A program made the translations under genes and the position numbers. This document shows, piece by piece, positions 54,051 through 64,000 of a stretch of 64,000 nucleotides of DNA. The DNA comes from Naegleria gruberi. Taxonomy: Eukaryota. A model generated the notes under the pieces. The model did not search any database, was not told where the DNA came from, and saw only the letters and a program-made list of their open reading frames with translations. Location of the stretch: NCBI GenBank assembly GCA_000004985.1, contig GG738877.1; one strand, written 5' to 3'. Each line of letters opens with the position of its first letter. The stretch's first letter is position 1.

Positions 54051-54758
54051 ATGACAACAAAACGTAGTAAGAGGAGTGTTACCGAGAAGAAAAAAATAAT
54101 ACTAGATGAAGATGATGAATTAAATGATCTATCGGAAGAAGAGGAAGAAAAAGTTGATGAAGATTCCGATTATGAAGAATCTAAAAAGAAAAAATCGAAA
54201 AAGGACAATAAAAAGGAAACCAAAAAGGAGACAAAGAAGGATAGTAAGAAGGAAAGTAAAAAGGATACAAAGAAAGATAGTAAAAAAGAGTCTTCTAAAA
54301 AAGAATCAAAAAAGAAGGAAACAAGAGAAGTTAAAAAGAAAGAAACAAAGAAGGAAACAAAATCTTCATCATCATCGGATCAAACAGCAACTTCTACAAC
54401 AAAAGGTTTATTACCTTTCAAATTAAAATTAGGATTTACAAAAGGAAAACGAAAGCGATCATTCAGACAAATTGTTTCAAAACAAGATTTAGCTAGCGAG
54501 GATGTTGATGAAAATGAATTGGAAAATCAAGATAATACAAATGGAAATCAACAACAAAATTTGACCTATTCTTCCATACAGGTTGGAAGTTTTTCACTCT
54601 ATCCTAAACCAAAATATTGTGATATTACTGGACTCTTATGTAAATATACCAATCCACACAACAAATTACAATATCATTCATCATGTATTCATCCATTAAT
54701 TTCCTCACTTTCAGAAGAAAAGATACAGCAATATCTTTCTGTGAGGTCTTTAAAATAA
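54051..54758 (+). CDS. YL1_C-domain protein (INO80 complex subunit C / Ies6-like) with a long K/E/S-rich N-terminal region.
   Basis: C-terminal YSSIQVGSFSLYPKPKYCDITGLLCKYTNPHNKLQYHSSCIHPLI fits the YL1 C-terminal (Vps72/INO80C) motif. Intronless, ATG at 54051. Confidence 0.6.
   Translation: MTTKRSKRSVTEKKKIILDEDDELNDLSEEEEEKVDEDSDYEESKKKKSKKDNKKETKKETKKDSKKESKKDTKKDSKKESSKKESKKKETREVKKKETKKETKSSSSSDQTATSTTKGLLPFKLKLGFTKGKRKRSFRQIVSKQDLASEDVDENELENQDNTNGNQQQNLTYSSIQVGSFSLYPKPKYCDITGLLCKYTNPHNKLQYHSSCIHPLISSLSEEKIQQYLSVRSLK
54181..54370 (+). repeat. Imperfect 15-nt coding tandem repeat (AAR AAR GAN AGY AAR) encoding (KK[ED][ST]K)n.
   Basis: At least 10 consecutive K-K-E/D-S/T-K pentapeptides are seen in the YL1_C protein, and the DNA periodicity is visible directly. 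Confidence 0.6.
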
Positions 54759-54858
54759 ATATTTTGTAAAATTGAAGAAATTTGAAATTGTAAATTGAAA
54801 CTTCAACGATAAATTTGGAACTAGAAAGATCTGATTTTAAGAAAAACAACAATAAAAA

Positions 54859-55668
54859 ATGTCGTCATTTGATTTACTTGCAGATGAAGATTTAATTTAT
54901 CAAAAAAAGCAACCAACAAGAAATAAGAAGAAAACAAAACAGCAACACTATGAAAAATCAATCATTCCAGAGACAGAATTTACAAAAATACACTTGAGCG
55001 AAGTTTGGGTTGTAATTTTGAAATATTTTGATTTTAAATCTCTGTATACTTCCTTTCTGTTTGTTGATAAGAAAGTGTGTGAAATTCTATACTCCCTTGA
55101 ATTCCAGAAATATATTCTTAATAGAGAATTTGAGGATGTTCTTTCTGGAGAATATGAATCAGATCACTCAGCTCTATACTCTCAAAATCAAAGCCTTCAA
55201 AGAAGTCTTATGAGAGTATTGGAAATTAATGATCGATTAAATATATTCGAATTAAGAAAGACTCATTCCAAACCAAAATCTGATCATCCACACAAAGTAT
55301 TTGAAAATTTGTTTTTTGGATTATTGAACAAGAGAACAAATTTCACAAACAGAAATATGATATTGAGGAAACTCATCAAAGTAAAGGTCAGTATTGGAAC
55401 AAGATCTGAGGTGGAATTCGACTCTTACAAAAGAGGGAAAATGAAATTATTCAGATCAGCTAATGAGAATGGTTTTGGAATGGTAGAAACAATTCCAGAT
55501 GTTCACAAAGAGGAAAGAAAACAAATGGAATGTGAACATTTCAACATTCTTGTATCAAGGAATGGAAATGATCCAGATTATCCATTCACTCTCCGTTGTA
55601 AAACATGTGATGCAACTGGACTACCTTGGCGTGATACTGTACAGAAACAAATCCAAAAGTATTTATAA
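54859..55668 (+). CDS. 269-aa protein with an N-terminal F-box-like motif and a C-terminal Cys/His cluster. Function unknown.
   Basis: Intronless ORF with ATG at 54859. IHLSEVWVVILKYFDFKSL resembles an F-box. The C-terminus contains CEHF...CKTCDATG. Confidence 0.4.
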   Translation: MSSFDLLADEDLIYQKKQPTRNKKKTKQQHYEKSIIPETEFTKIHLSEVWVVILKYFDFKSLYTSFLFVDKKVCEILYSLEFQKYILNREFEDVLSGEYESDHSALYSQNQSLQRSLMRVLEINDRLNIFELRKTHSKPKSDHPHKVFENLFFGLLNKRTNFTNRNMILRKLIKVKVSIGTRSEVEFDSYKRGKMKLFRSANENGFGMVETIPDVHKEERKQMECEHFNILVSRNGNDPDYPFTLRCKTCDATGLPWRDTVQKQIQKYL

Positions 55669-57243
55669 AACCTTGTGTGGATTCATAATATTGTTTGGAT
55701 CGAGAGTTTTCTTGATTGATTTCATCAAATTGAGTGCAACATTGGTTTGTGAATAGTGGAGATAATTCTTTTTCAAAACTCCAATACCATGCTCTGCTGA
55801 AATACTTCCTCTATGCTTGCTTGTCCATTCATAGACATATGGTTCAATAGTTTCCTTAATTTGTTTTTCAAATTTTGGTGAGACAATGTTCAAGTGGAGA
55901 TTTTCATCACCCAAATGTCCAAAACTGTAAACCTTTGCTTGTGGGAAGACTTTCATTCTCTCCTTCATATCCAATACAATGTCATACATTTTGGCGAGTG
56001 GAATTGAAATGTCATACTTGTACACATAGCCATCCTTTTTCAATGATTCTGAAACCAACTCTCTAAATTTCCAAAGATATTGCGATTGTTTTTCATCAAA
56101 TGCTAAACTTCCATCAGTGGCTACTCCTTCTTCTAAGGCCTTTGCAAAGAAATCATTTAATTTTTCTTCATCGTGCTCTTTAGAACTTCCTTGTGTTTCA
56201 ATGACGAGATAGAATGGATGTTCTCCCTCAACTGGTGGTTGAAGAGTTTCATGATTTAATCTCATTACCAATTTCATACTATCACTATCAACAAACTCAA
56301 CAGCAGATAATATTTCACCCAACTCTCTCTTTGCCATTAAAATTAATTCTTGAACTTTTTCAAATGATTCAACGGAAATAAGAGCTACATTGACAGATTT
56401 TGGTTTGATTGGAACTTGAAGAGCTACTTTTGTAATAATTCCCAAAGTTCCTTCACTTCCAACAAATAAATGTGATAAATGATAACCAGTATTATCCTTT
56501 CTAATTTCCTTAATTGAATCCATAATTGAGCCATCTGGTAAAACACATTCCAAACCAAGTAAATTCGAATGTAATGAACCAAATTTAACATATCTAATAC
56601 CTCCAGCACCTGTTGCAATATTACCACCAATTTGACAACTTCCTTTAGCAGCCAAATCAAGTGGCATTTGATATCCCTTCTCTTCCAAAGTATGATTTAA
56701 ATGTTCTAAAATACAACCAGATTGACAAATCAATTTTCCACTCTTATCATTAAATGAAATAATTTCATTCATTAAATTTGTACTCAAAATGATTTGAGGT
56801 CTATGTTCAATTTGTTCATTTACAGGTATTCCACCACCTACTAAACCAGTATTTCCTCCCTGTGGAATAATAACAATATTATTCTCATTACAATATTTTA
56901 CAATTTTTGAAACTTGTTCAGTTGTTCTAGGTCTCAAAACAAGTTCGGAAGCTCCTTTAAATTGACCTGTCCAATCATGATTAAAAGCCATATCAATTTC
57001 ATTAGGATTATATAAAACTTCACCTCCTTTCTTTGTTGTTGAAGTGTCCTCATCAAAAATCCTTTTAATTTCATCTACATGTTTCCTATCGAGAGTTAGA
57101 GCAATATTATTGGAATGAAACAATCGTTGGAATGTTGTGCTCATTCCCTTGCCACTAGTATTTTTCAATTTGAATAGAAGATGATGATTATTATTATTTG
57201 ATGCTAATAAAACAGCACGACAAAGGCTTTTATGAATAAACAT
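55663..57243 (-). CDS. FAD-linked oxidase of the D-2-hydroxyglutarate / D-lactate dehydrogenase family, mitochondrial.
   Basis: FAD-binding PCMH domain contains IIPQGGNTGLVGGGIPV. The C-terminal FAD-oxidase domain contains the HLGDENLH and AEHGIG blocks. The N-terminus MFIHKSLCRAVLLASN is presequence-like. Intronless, ATG at 57243. Confidence 0.85.
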   Translation of the reverse strand: MFIHKSLCRAVLLASNNNNHHLLFKLKNTSGKGMSTTFQRLFHSNNIALTLDRKHVDEIKRIFDEDTSTTKKGGEVLYNPNEIDMAFNHDWTGQFKGASELVLRPRTTEQVSKIVKYCNENNIVIIPQGGNTGLVGGGIPVNEQIEHRPQIILSTNLMNEIISFNDKSGKLICQSGCILEHLNHTLEEKGYQMPLDLAAKGSCQIGGNIATGAGGIRYVKFGSLHSNLLGLECVLPDGSIMDSIKEIRKDNTGYHLSHLFVGSEGTLGIITKVALQVPIKPKSVNVALISVESFEKVQELILMAKRELGEILSAVEFVDSDSMKLVMRLNHETLQPPVEGEHPFYLVIETQGSSKEHDEEKLNDFFAKALEEGVATDGSLAFDEKQSQYLWKFRELVSESLKKDGYVYKYDISIPLAKMYDIVLDMKERMKVFPQAKVYSFGHLGDENLHLNIVSPKFEKQIKETIEPYVYEWTSKHRGSISAEHGIGVLKKNYLHYSQTNVALNLMKSIKKTLDPNNIMNPHKVL

Positions 57244-57424
57244 TTTTTAATAAATTTAAATTTTAGAAATTAAAAATCGATAAATTGGAATTTTAAAAGG
57301 ATTTTTTTATTGCACGAAGAGGTTGTGATGATTTTCTCCGTGTATTGTGTTAGAATAATTTAACTTCTAATTAATTATGTACACACCAATATTATTTTCC
57401 TTAATAATTTAAGTCTCTCTGAGT

Positions 57425-58863
57425 TTAATGATCCGAGTAGTCACCATTCTCATGGTTTTGTTCATTGTCAACATGTTGATGAGGATGATGAAGTGTATCA
57501 TGAGTTGTTGGAATGAGGTTGGTAGTTGAAGGATTAATGCCAGGAACTATTGGGTCATGTTTCATGAGCTTTCTTTGTCTACGTTCTTCTGAATGTTCAT
57601 GGTCAGAATCTTCATCACTTGACGACCAATCATTCTTTCTTCGTTTCTTATCATTTTCAGTCATATCTGTGAAAGGTTTATGATGAGCTCCCAGCGTCGA
57701 TGTTGGTTCTTTTTTCTTGGTTGATTTGGTCTTAGAGGAATATTGTGGTTGACTATAATATGGATCAGTAATTTGTGCAACTGGAGGGAATTTAGAACTT
57801 TGAGCTAAATGGTTTACAGCATATTGACCTGTACCAGTTGCTGGATTGATTGAGGGAGCTGTTGACGCGTAAGCTTTACCTCCTCCCAAAATTGGAGTCC
57901 TAGATGGATTAATACGAATATTTCTATTTCCAAGAAGTGTACCAGAACATTCTAAAGCTTTGTTTCTAGATTCCATATGTAAAAATTCCACAAATGCAAA
58001 TCGTGCACTATGTACTGCATCTCCAGCCAAAACAACTTTAGTAACAGGACCACAATTAGCATCAAAAAATTCTTTAAGATCATCTTCTGTCAATGAAATA
58101 TCAGCATTTCCTACATAAACAGTTCTATTAATTTGATCATGATGGGCAGGAGTAAATGAATAAACAGCACCATTTCCAACAGCACCTGGTGTAGGCTGAA
58201 TTGGTGTCCTCGATCCTAAAATGCGTAGGGCATATCTTCCAAGAAATTGACCAGACAAGGAAACAGCTGCTTGTGCACTTTCCTTCTGTTCAAATTCAAA
58301 AAAGGCAAATCTTGTTGGATGTTGAGTGTCTCCACATACTCTGTAATTTACAATTCTGCCACAGTATGAGAAGAACTCACATACTTGAGCTTCCAATATT
58401 TGTGTATCAATACTTGTTACATAAATTGTTCTCTTGATTTTATCATCTTCCTCAGCCTTCCTCTTTAATTCCGATTCTGAAAGAAATTGATATTTTGTTG
58501 CATTATCATCTGTAGGTGAAATTTGAGTTGGATTTGATTGTACAGGTGTTGGATTAGAGATTGGACTACGACTTAGGGATATTTTCAAATGTTTACCAAG
58601 AATTTCTGTTCCGCTAAGTTCGATAGCTACTTTTGCCTCCTCACTTGATGAGAATTCTACAAATGCGTATTTATTTGTTGGCTCTCTAATCATGGTTGTA
58701 TTTTGTTGTTGTTGTTGATATTTCCCCATAATACAATTTTTTCATGTACTTACCCAGCTATCTTTACGTTGCAAATAGTCCCGCAGTCGTCAAAGAAAGT
58801 TTTGATTAACTCTTCGTTAAATTCTGCTGGAAGATTGGAAACGTAGATTGTGCGTCCAGACAT
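57425..58863 (-). CDS. RNA-binding protein with three RRM domains and a basic, S/H-rich C-terminal tail. Two exons.
   Basis: Exon 1 is 58863-58754 (MSGRTIYVSNLPAEFNEELIKTFFDDCGTICNVKIAG). A 68-nt intron at 58753-58686 has a GTAAGT donor. Exon 2 is 58685-57425. Three RNP-1 like cores are present (KYAFVEF, RFAFFEF, RFAFVEF), each followed by an SR[ST]PI motif. Confidence 0.7.
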
Positions 58864-59263
58864 TTTTTTTGCAGTTGTTTATTGTTGGAATGATTTTTTA
58901 CTTTCCGTCGCTGTTGTAACCTCTTTAATAAATTATTCTGTATTCACTCTATATTGTAATAATATTAATATTGAATTGATCGTCATCATAGTTCTTGCTT
59001 CTTGTTCCGATAACTTATCACATTATTTAAAAATCTCTCATCAAATAGATGAATTGACCAACAATGAACTGGATATGAAAGAGGCTCATTCAGTTTCTGA
59101 ATAAAGACCACATGACGAAAGTATCAATAGATATTATATTATTACAATTTTATTCTCTATAGAAATTTACAGGTAGATTATAAATTAATCTTGATCTAAA
59201 ATAATTTTGTTCAATTAATTTAGCAAATAATTATGTGATTTGTTATTGATGATCAAGATCGTC

Positions 59264-59695
59264 CTAGTAGAATCTTCTGAAAAGATTAAATCCTCCTTCC
59301 ATTGGTCTAGCAGGAGTACTTGTTTCTTCCTCTTCCGATTTTGTATTATTATCAACAACAGTGACAGTGGTGCTATTATTTGATGATGTTATTACTGGTG
59401 TTGTAGTATTACTATTAGATGATTCTGATTTTTGAACAACATTTGGTGTGGCTTGTTTAGTAATGACGATCGTCTTTTCCAACTCATCTTCATTTGTCTT
59501 ATCGGATGCTGACTGTTTTTCTTCCTCTCCTTCTGTTGTAGATTCCTTGAAAGAAAGAGCCTCTTCAGCCTCCTTTTTCTTTGCTTCAATAGCAGCAGCA
59601 TCAAAGTACAAGTGAAATTCTCTGCCTGCATATCCACCTATTCCTAATCCTAAAGCTGAACCCAACAGCACTGCTCGCATACCAAAATTATTCAT
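59264..59695 (-). CDS. 143-aa protein with an N-terminal TM/glycine-zipper segment, then an acidic and S/T/N-rich region. Uncharacterised.
   Basis: Intronless ORF with ATG at 59695. GxxxG-rich hydrophobic N-terminus is AVLLGSALGLGIGGYAG. No recognisable domain. Confidence 0.35.
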   Translation of the reverse strand: MNNFGMRAVLLGSALGLGIGGYAGREFHLYFDAAAIEAKKKEAEEALSFKESTTEGEEEKQSASDKTNEDELEKTIVITKQATPNVVQKSESSNSNTTTPVITSSNNSTTVTVVDNNTKSEEEETSTPARPMEGGFNLFRRFY

Positions 59696-59822
59696 TTTTT
59701 AAAGTTTATTATTCACAACTTGACGAGGACAAAAATATTGTGTGGATCTATTTTCTAATCAGATTCTTGCATGTAGCCAAAATGTTTTCCAAATAGTCTG
59801 GAATAGTCTTATTGGAGGAGTA

Positions 59823-61739
59823 TTATTCTTGATTATTTTCAGTAGAGTTTTTAACAATTTGCATTTCTTGTTTTCTTTTAAAAACTACTTGTTTCAATTC
59901 ATCTGAGAGAGGATTATTTGAGAGAGATGATCTTTGAGTTCGAATGGGTATTGAATATGTCGTTGGTTTTGATTCTGTTTCAGTTGTTGAATTATTCACA
60001 GAAGAGGAAGTTTCAGTAAGCTTTGATTTGTGCATAATTGGTGGCATTCTAAATCTTGACCCAAGGCTGAGAGGTTTTTCAGGTTCTGGCATTTGATTTT
60101 CGCATTCATACACATTAACAACTTTCTTCTCAATATTAAGGAATGGTTTTTGGCTGGAAGCACGAGGTGAAAGAGATTCTTCATGATAAAATCTTCTATC
60201 GAGAGTTTCTCTTTCTTCAGAATTAAAGGGGATTGTTGAAAATTCCTCAAAATAGCTATCAATACCTTTATCAGTGCTATCCAAAGACTCTAGTTTAGGA
60301 TAATAAAAGTTCTCAACCTCTTTACATAAAAGCTCAATCTTGTACTTTAAATTGCCAACACTTTCCATTAATGATGACTCAGTTCTTTTTAATTGATCTT
60401 CTGGTTGTTTTTCTGTCATCAAATATACGTATGATTTGAGAGTATCCATACAACTTTCAATTTCTTTTTTATATTGCGAGAAATACTCAAAATCGCTCTC
60501 TTCACTAACCTCATTCAATTTTTCAATTTTTTCTAATATTTTGAAACTGATTGATCCAATTTTACCCTTTTCAGAAAACTCATGCAATACTATTGATTGA
60601 TTAATTAAATATTGATTAAATATTACGTACGCTTCTCCTTTAACTGAATTGTTATCTCAGTATTTTTAGAAAAGTGAATTATAGTTGTAAGCAAAAATTC
60701 ATCCAAATCATAATTTACAGTAATTAAATCACTAATTGATGCAATACTGTTGGTATTTAAACTATCCAAAAATGTATGAATGTCCAAAATTTGTGGAATA
60801 GGTTCTTCAGTTAAGCTCTCAAAAAACGAAAGAACACTTGTTTTTGTGTGAATGGTAGACTTTAAAGAATCTACCAAACTTTTCCTCATGTATTTACATT
60901 TCATCATACTTTCAGGAGTTTTCATCTCAATTCGAGAAATAGGTGCATTATGGAGATTGTCACTATTTATATTTAATAAATTGAAAAATTAAAACTTTAA
61001 CCTACATGAAATATCCTCTTGAAGTCAACTCTATCTCTTTAATAGTTTTTAAAATACCATTACATTTCTTGTGGTATAATCTCATTGATCTAATGATTCG
61101 TTTCAAATTTGTACATGTATTTTCATTCAAAATTTTTAATTTATACAATGAGTTCTTTTCTTGTTTTAGTATTTTAATTTTCATTAAGTAACCTACCTCA
61201 AATTCTCTATACTTTACAATTAATAAAAACAAGCCAGCTACAAGCATCATTGTAATAAGGGATGGCAGATAATCTGCTGTAAAATGAAATAAAACTAATA
61301 TACAAAATAATAAAATTATCAAATATGAATTAGGCTCTGTAATATTTGGAAATACTTCATTATCTGAAGATAAATATTCAATTGTATTTTCAATACTTTC
61401 AGATTTCTCCTTTGCTAAAACATAACAATATTGTTCTAAATAGGATGTAATAGCATTATCCAAATAGTATTGATCATAATCAAATAAAACAAATGATATC
61501 TTTTTCCAATAATATCGAGACATCTTTAAAGATAACGAAATTAGTTGGTTCATCAAAAGGTAGAAATGGTTTGTTGATTTTGAAATATTATCAATGGATG
61601 ATTTTGTTTGTTCTCCCTTTAATGATGAAGTAGGATCGGATAGACTCGACATGGCTTGCTCACCATTTTGCTCCTGATCCTTTAATCGACTTTGCAGCAA
61701 ATCATGCATTGGTGTTCCCGGCCTTATGACTTTGTACAT
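59823..61739 (-). CDS. Multi-exon gene with at least 3 exons. It encodes a roughly 570-aa protein with an N-terminal soluble region, two central TM helices and a long helical/acidic C-terminal region. Function unknown.
   Basis: Three adjacent same-strand ORFs (61002-61760, 60623-60925, 59823-60587) are separated by short AT-rich gaps that carry GTAGGT/GTACGT ... AG splice signals in phase. First ATG is at 61739. The central TM pair is LIILLFCILVLF / LITMMLVAGLFLLIV. Confidence 0.35.
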
Positions 61740-61910
61740 TTTTTGTGATTGTTCATGCAAATCTTGTATTCGTTGTAGACAATCTTGATTGTGTTAATTC
61801 TAATTGCGTTTCTAAATCATTATTATTATTAATAGAGAATACATTGTTTTAGAAGTTTAAATAAGATGGTAAATATGATGATTATTTGAAGAAGAATATT
61901 AATGATGAAT

Positions 61911-62533
61911 TTAATGTTCTTGTTCTTCACAATACTTTTGATAAGCATCCTTGGACATTAATTCTTCAGCTTCTTGTTCGAATTCCAACTTGATCATCCA
62001 ACCATCAGCTTCAGCACTTTCGTTGACGACACCTGGGTTATCATTCAAAACAGCATTGACTGCAGTAATCTTACCAGAGACTGGTGAGTAAACTTCAGAA
62101 ACAGACTTGACAGATTCAACTTCACCAATAACACTGCTGGCTTGAATAACATCACCAACCTTTTATCATCATGCACATTCCGAAATTATTTTGTAAGCAT
62201 GATACCAGATTAATTTTCATCATCGCCGTTAGCAATTTAACATTTTCAATAATAATAAATTTAAATAATATTTAAACAGAAAATTAAGTGAGTACTGATG
62301 AAGAGAAAATCACATACCTTGACGGACAAAGCAACGTGAACAATTTCACCAAGCTTTGATTGGGCTTCTTCAGAAATACCAACAACAGCTTGCTTTCCAC
62401 TTTCAAATCTAACCCATTCGTGATCCTTTGAATATTTAACAGTGGCATATGATTGTCTTTGAACAAAATTCAAAGATTGCAATTGTCTGAAATTTCTAGA
62501 GGTATTCTTGGTGATTCTAGCGAGAGAGAACAT
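61911..62533 (-). CDS. gcvH: Glycine cleavage system H protein (lipoyl carrier), mitochondrial precursor. Two exons.
   Basis: Exon 1 is 62533-62318 and includes the KDHEWV block. A 157-nt intron at 62317-62161 has a GTATGT donor. Exon 2 is 62160-61911 and contains the lipoyl-lysine context [18 protein letters not shown] and ADGWMIKLE. The N-terminus [18 protein letters not shown] is presequence-like. Confidence 0.85.
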
Positions 62534-63077
62534 TTTTTTTTCTTCAAGGTTGCCTGCTGGAACGTTTTGCCGATTATTAGCTGGGCTTTGATGTTAAAAT
62601 AGGCACAAATTAATACAAGGCAATCCCAAAGCTTCTGAAATATTACTCTATAATTTATTATAAAACATTGCAAATTTGCTTGAAAGTGGTGGATGATGTG
62701 ATATGGTTGTCGGTGGTAATTAGTATCAACTTGAAGTAATAAATTCAACCCAGTGAATGAAACTGGAATTTCAAATTGATTGACTCCCTGCTGTTTCACA
62801 AGAAGTGATAATGAGGTAGATGATGACTATTCGCAACAATAATGACGTTATTCTTGATTCCTTTGTTACATTGATTAAAGATGTTGTTCAGTTTTTTTGC
62901 AAGGTTGTATCATTATGAGAGATTGTGTAAACTTTTTTTTCTGATAAAAACTGGAAAACCGCTTTCCACCAAACACAAGAAGAAAAAATGCCTACACCGC
63001 TGTTGATATTCTATTCATAGCAAACGCTGCTTGTCAATGCTCAAGAAAAAAAGAACACAACACTGCTAATCATCAAC

Positions 63078-64000
63078 ATGCCATCAACACAACCACGTAA
63101 ATCAGTGTCATTTACATTGGAAGATGAATTTACCTTTGAGGATGATGAACCTAAAACATCCGTTAATAATAATTTTTCATCATTTTATGATGATGATTTA
63201 TCGGATGGAAATCGTTCACCTGTATTGACAAACAACAGTACAATTGCACCACCTTCTCCAGAACTTGATTTTGATGAGGATCTAGATAATATGTCTGATT
63301 ATAACTATGAAAACAAACAGTATGAGGAAAACTTGTCACAATCACTCTCTGATATTTTGGAAAATGATGAAAAACAAGTTAAAACTGAAATAGACGAGTT
63401 ATTTGATGAATATGAAAAAGAGCAGGAAGAAGAAGAAGAAGTATCAGTTAAATCACCAATTCTTTCAATTAGATTTACTGCTCAACCAACTCAATATACT
63501 GTTTCTTCACCTACTGTTTCTAGCCCTGGCTTAAGTCAATATCAAAAAGAACAAAGAAATATTTATCAATACGATGATATTAATCAATTGTCAGTACCTA
63601 GTCAACAATCACCAAAAATCAGTCAACCAGTTGTTGAAATTGTACAAAATTCAACAATGCAAGATGATAACGAGGAAGAAAGTGCCTTTCACAAACTAGA
63701 TCCTTCTGTAAAATGTAACCCAGAAAATATTCCTACTACCAATTGTACAGAGAATAATTCACCTAAGTCACCTATTATTGTTGGTGAACAAAAGACAGTT
63801 CCCCAACCATCACAACAACAACAACTCCCTCAATCAAACCAACAACAAACAGTAATTCCAGATTCTCAAGAAATAGATATTGATTTTTCTCAATTAGAAG
63901 AAGCTTTAAATCAACCAGAAACTCCTAATGTAAATAATTCTACAATTGAAGAGGAAGTTCCAAAATCATCTCCTATTGAAATTCTAAGATCTAAAATTCC
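63078..64000 (+). CDS. 5' part of a gene encoding an acidic, S/N/Q/P-rich low-complexity protein. The 3' end is truncated by the window edge.
   Basis: Open reading frame from ATG 63078 to the last base with no stop. It is absent from the ORF track only because it lacks a stop inside the window. Codon bias matches neighbouring genes. Confidence 0.4.
   Translation, partial: MPSTQPRKSVSFTLEDEFTFEDDEPKTSVNNNFSSFYDDDLSDGNRSPVLTNNSTIAPPSPELDFDEDLDNMSDYNYENKQYEENLSQSLSDILENDEKQVKTEIDELFDEYEKEQEEEEEVSVKSPILSIRFTAQPTQYTVSSPTVSSPGLSQYQKEQRNIYQYDDINQLSVPSQQSPKISQPVVEIVQNSTMQDDNEEESAFHKLDPSVKCNPENIPTTNCTENNSPKSPIIVGEQKTVPQPSQQQQLPQSNQQQTVIPDSQEIDIDFSQLEEALNQPETPNVNNSTIEEEVPKSSPIEILRSKI

Noticed and set aside
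58850-59104. 84-aa plus-strand ORF in the spacer downstream of the RRM gene start
   Set aside because: It overlaps the 5' exon and promoter of the RRM gene on the opposite strand. It is hydrophobic and AT-rich with no ATG context support.
1-64000. Prokaryotic operon, defence-island, CRISPR or phage interpretation of the window
   Set aside because: Genes are interrupted by GT-AG introns, encode eukaryote-specific proteins (dynein, Pol delta, RIO2, sirtuin, Sestrin, YL1_C) and use one coherent AT-rich codon bias. There are no direct-repeat/spacer arrays, and the few bacterial-type proteins (HslV, AlkB-like, PstS-like) carry eukaryotic targeting sequences or introns.

Overview
This window is eukaryotic nuclear DNA, not prokaryotic. 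Coding GC is about 33-35%. Genes are densely packed, with intergenic spacers often under 100 bp. Spliceosomal introns are short (38-200 nt) and start with GTAAGT or GTATGT. Many proteins carry N/Q/S-rich low-complexity tracts. Together with a mitochondrial HslV, a Sestrin and the absence of animal- or fungal-specific genes, this points to an AT-rich protist, most plausibly an amoebozoan of the dictyostelid type. The species cannot be named from sequence alone.

I can support about 34 protein-coding genes on both strands:
- Cytoskeleton and RNA processing: the C-terminal ~1700 aa of a cytoplasmic-type dynein heavy chain (intronless); RIO2 kinase; a FANCM/Mph1-like helicase; a three-RRM RNA-binding protein.
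- Mitochondrial and metabolic: PA2G4/EBP1; mitochondrial HslV; TXNDC17-like thioredoxin; peroxisomal acyl-CoA oxidase; a multi-exon alkaline phosphatase; D-2-hydroxyglutarate/D-lactate dehydrogenase; glycine-cleavage H protein.
- Replication and chromatin: a sirtuin; an intronless DNA polymerase delta catalytic subunit; a YL1_C (INO80C/Ies6-like) protein.
- Signalling and membrane: a PP2A-A/PPP4R4-like HEAT-repeat protein; a ~1030-aa multi-exon protein ending in a C2 domain; a TMEM181/Wntless-like membrane protein; a TLDc protein; a Sestrin.
- The remainder are lineage-specific low-complexity or membrane proteins.

The two most unusual loci are these. The first is an intron-containing, membrane-anchored PstS/DING-family phosphate-binding protein gene, the sought-after eukaryotic DING type. 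The second is an intronless bacterial AlkB-type integral-membrane alkane hydroxylase homologue with all of its histidine boxes, which I flag as an HGT candidate.

Other points worth a second look: two convergent gene pairs whose stop codons are 3 nt apart or overlap by 6 nt; two diverged copies of a ~150-bp non-coding element in a 1.2-kb bidirectional spacer; a 71-nt micro-exon; and coding minisatellites.

Many 'M' starts in the ORF track are TTG, CTG or GTG artefacts. I re-set starts to the first in-frame ATG and reconstructed exon junctions by eye. No rRNA, CRISPR array or convincing tRNA or transposon was found.
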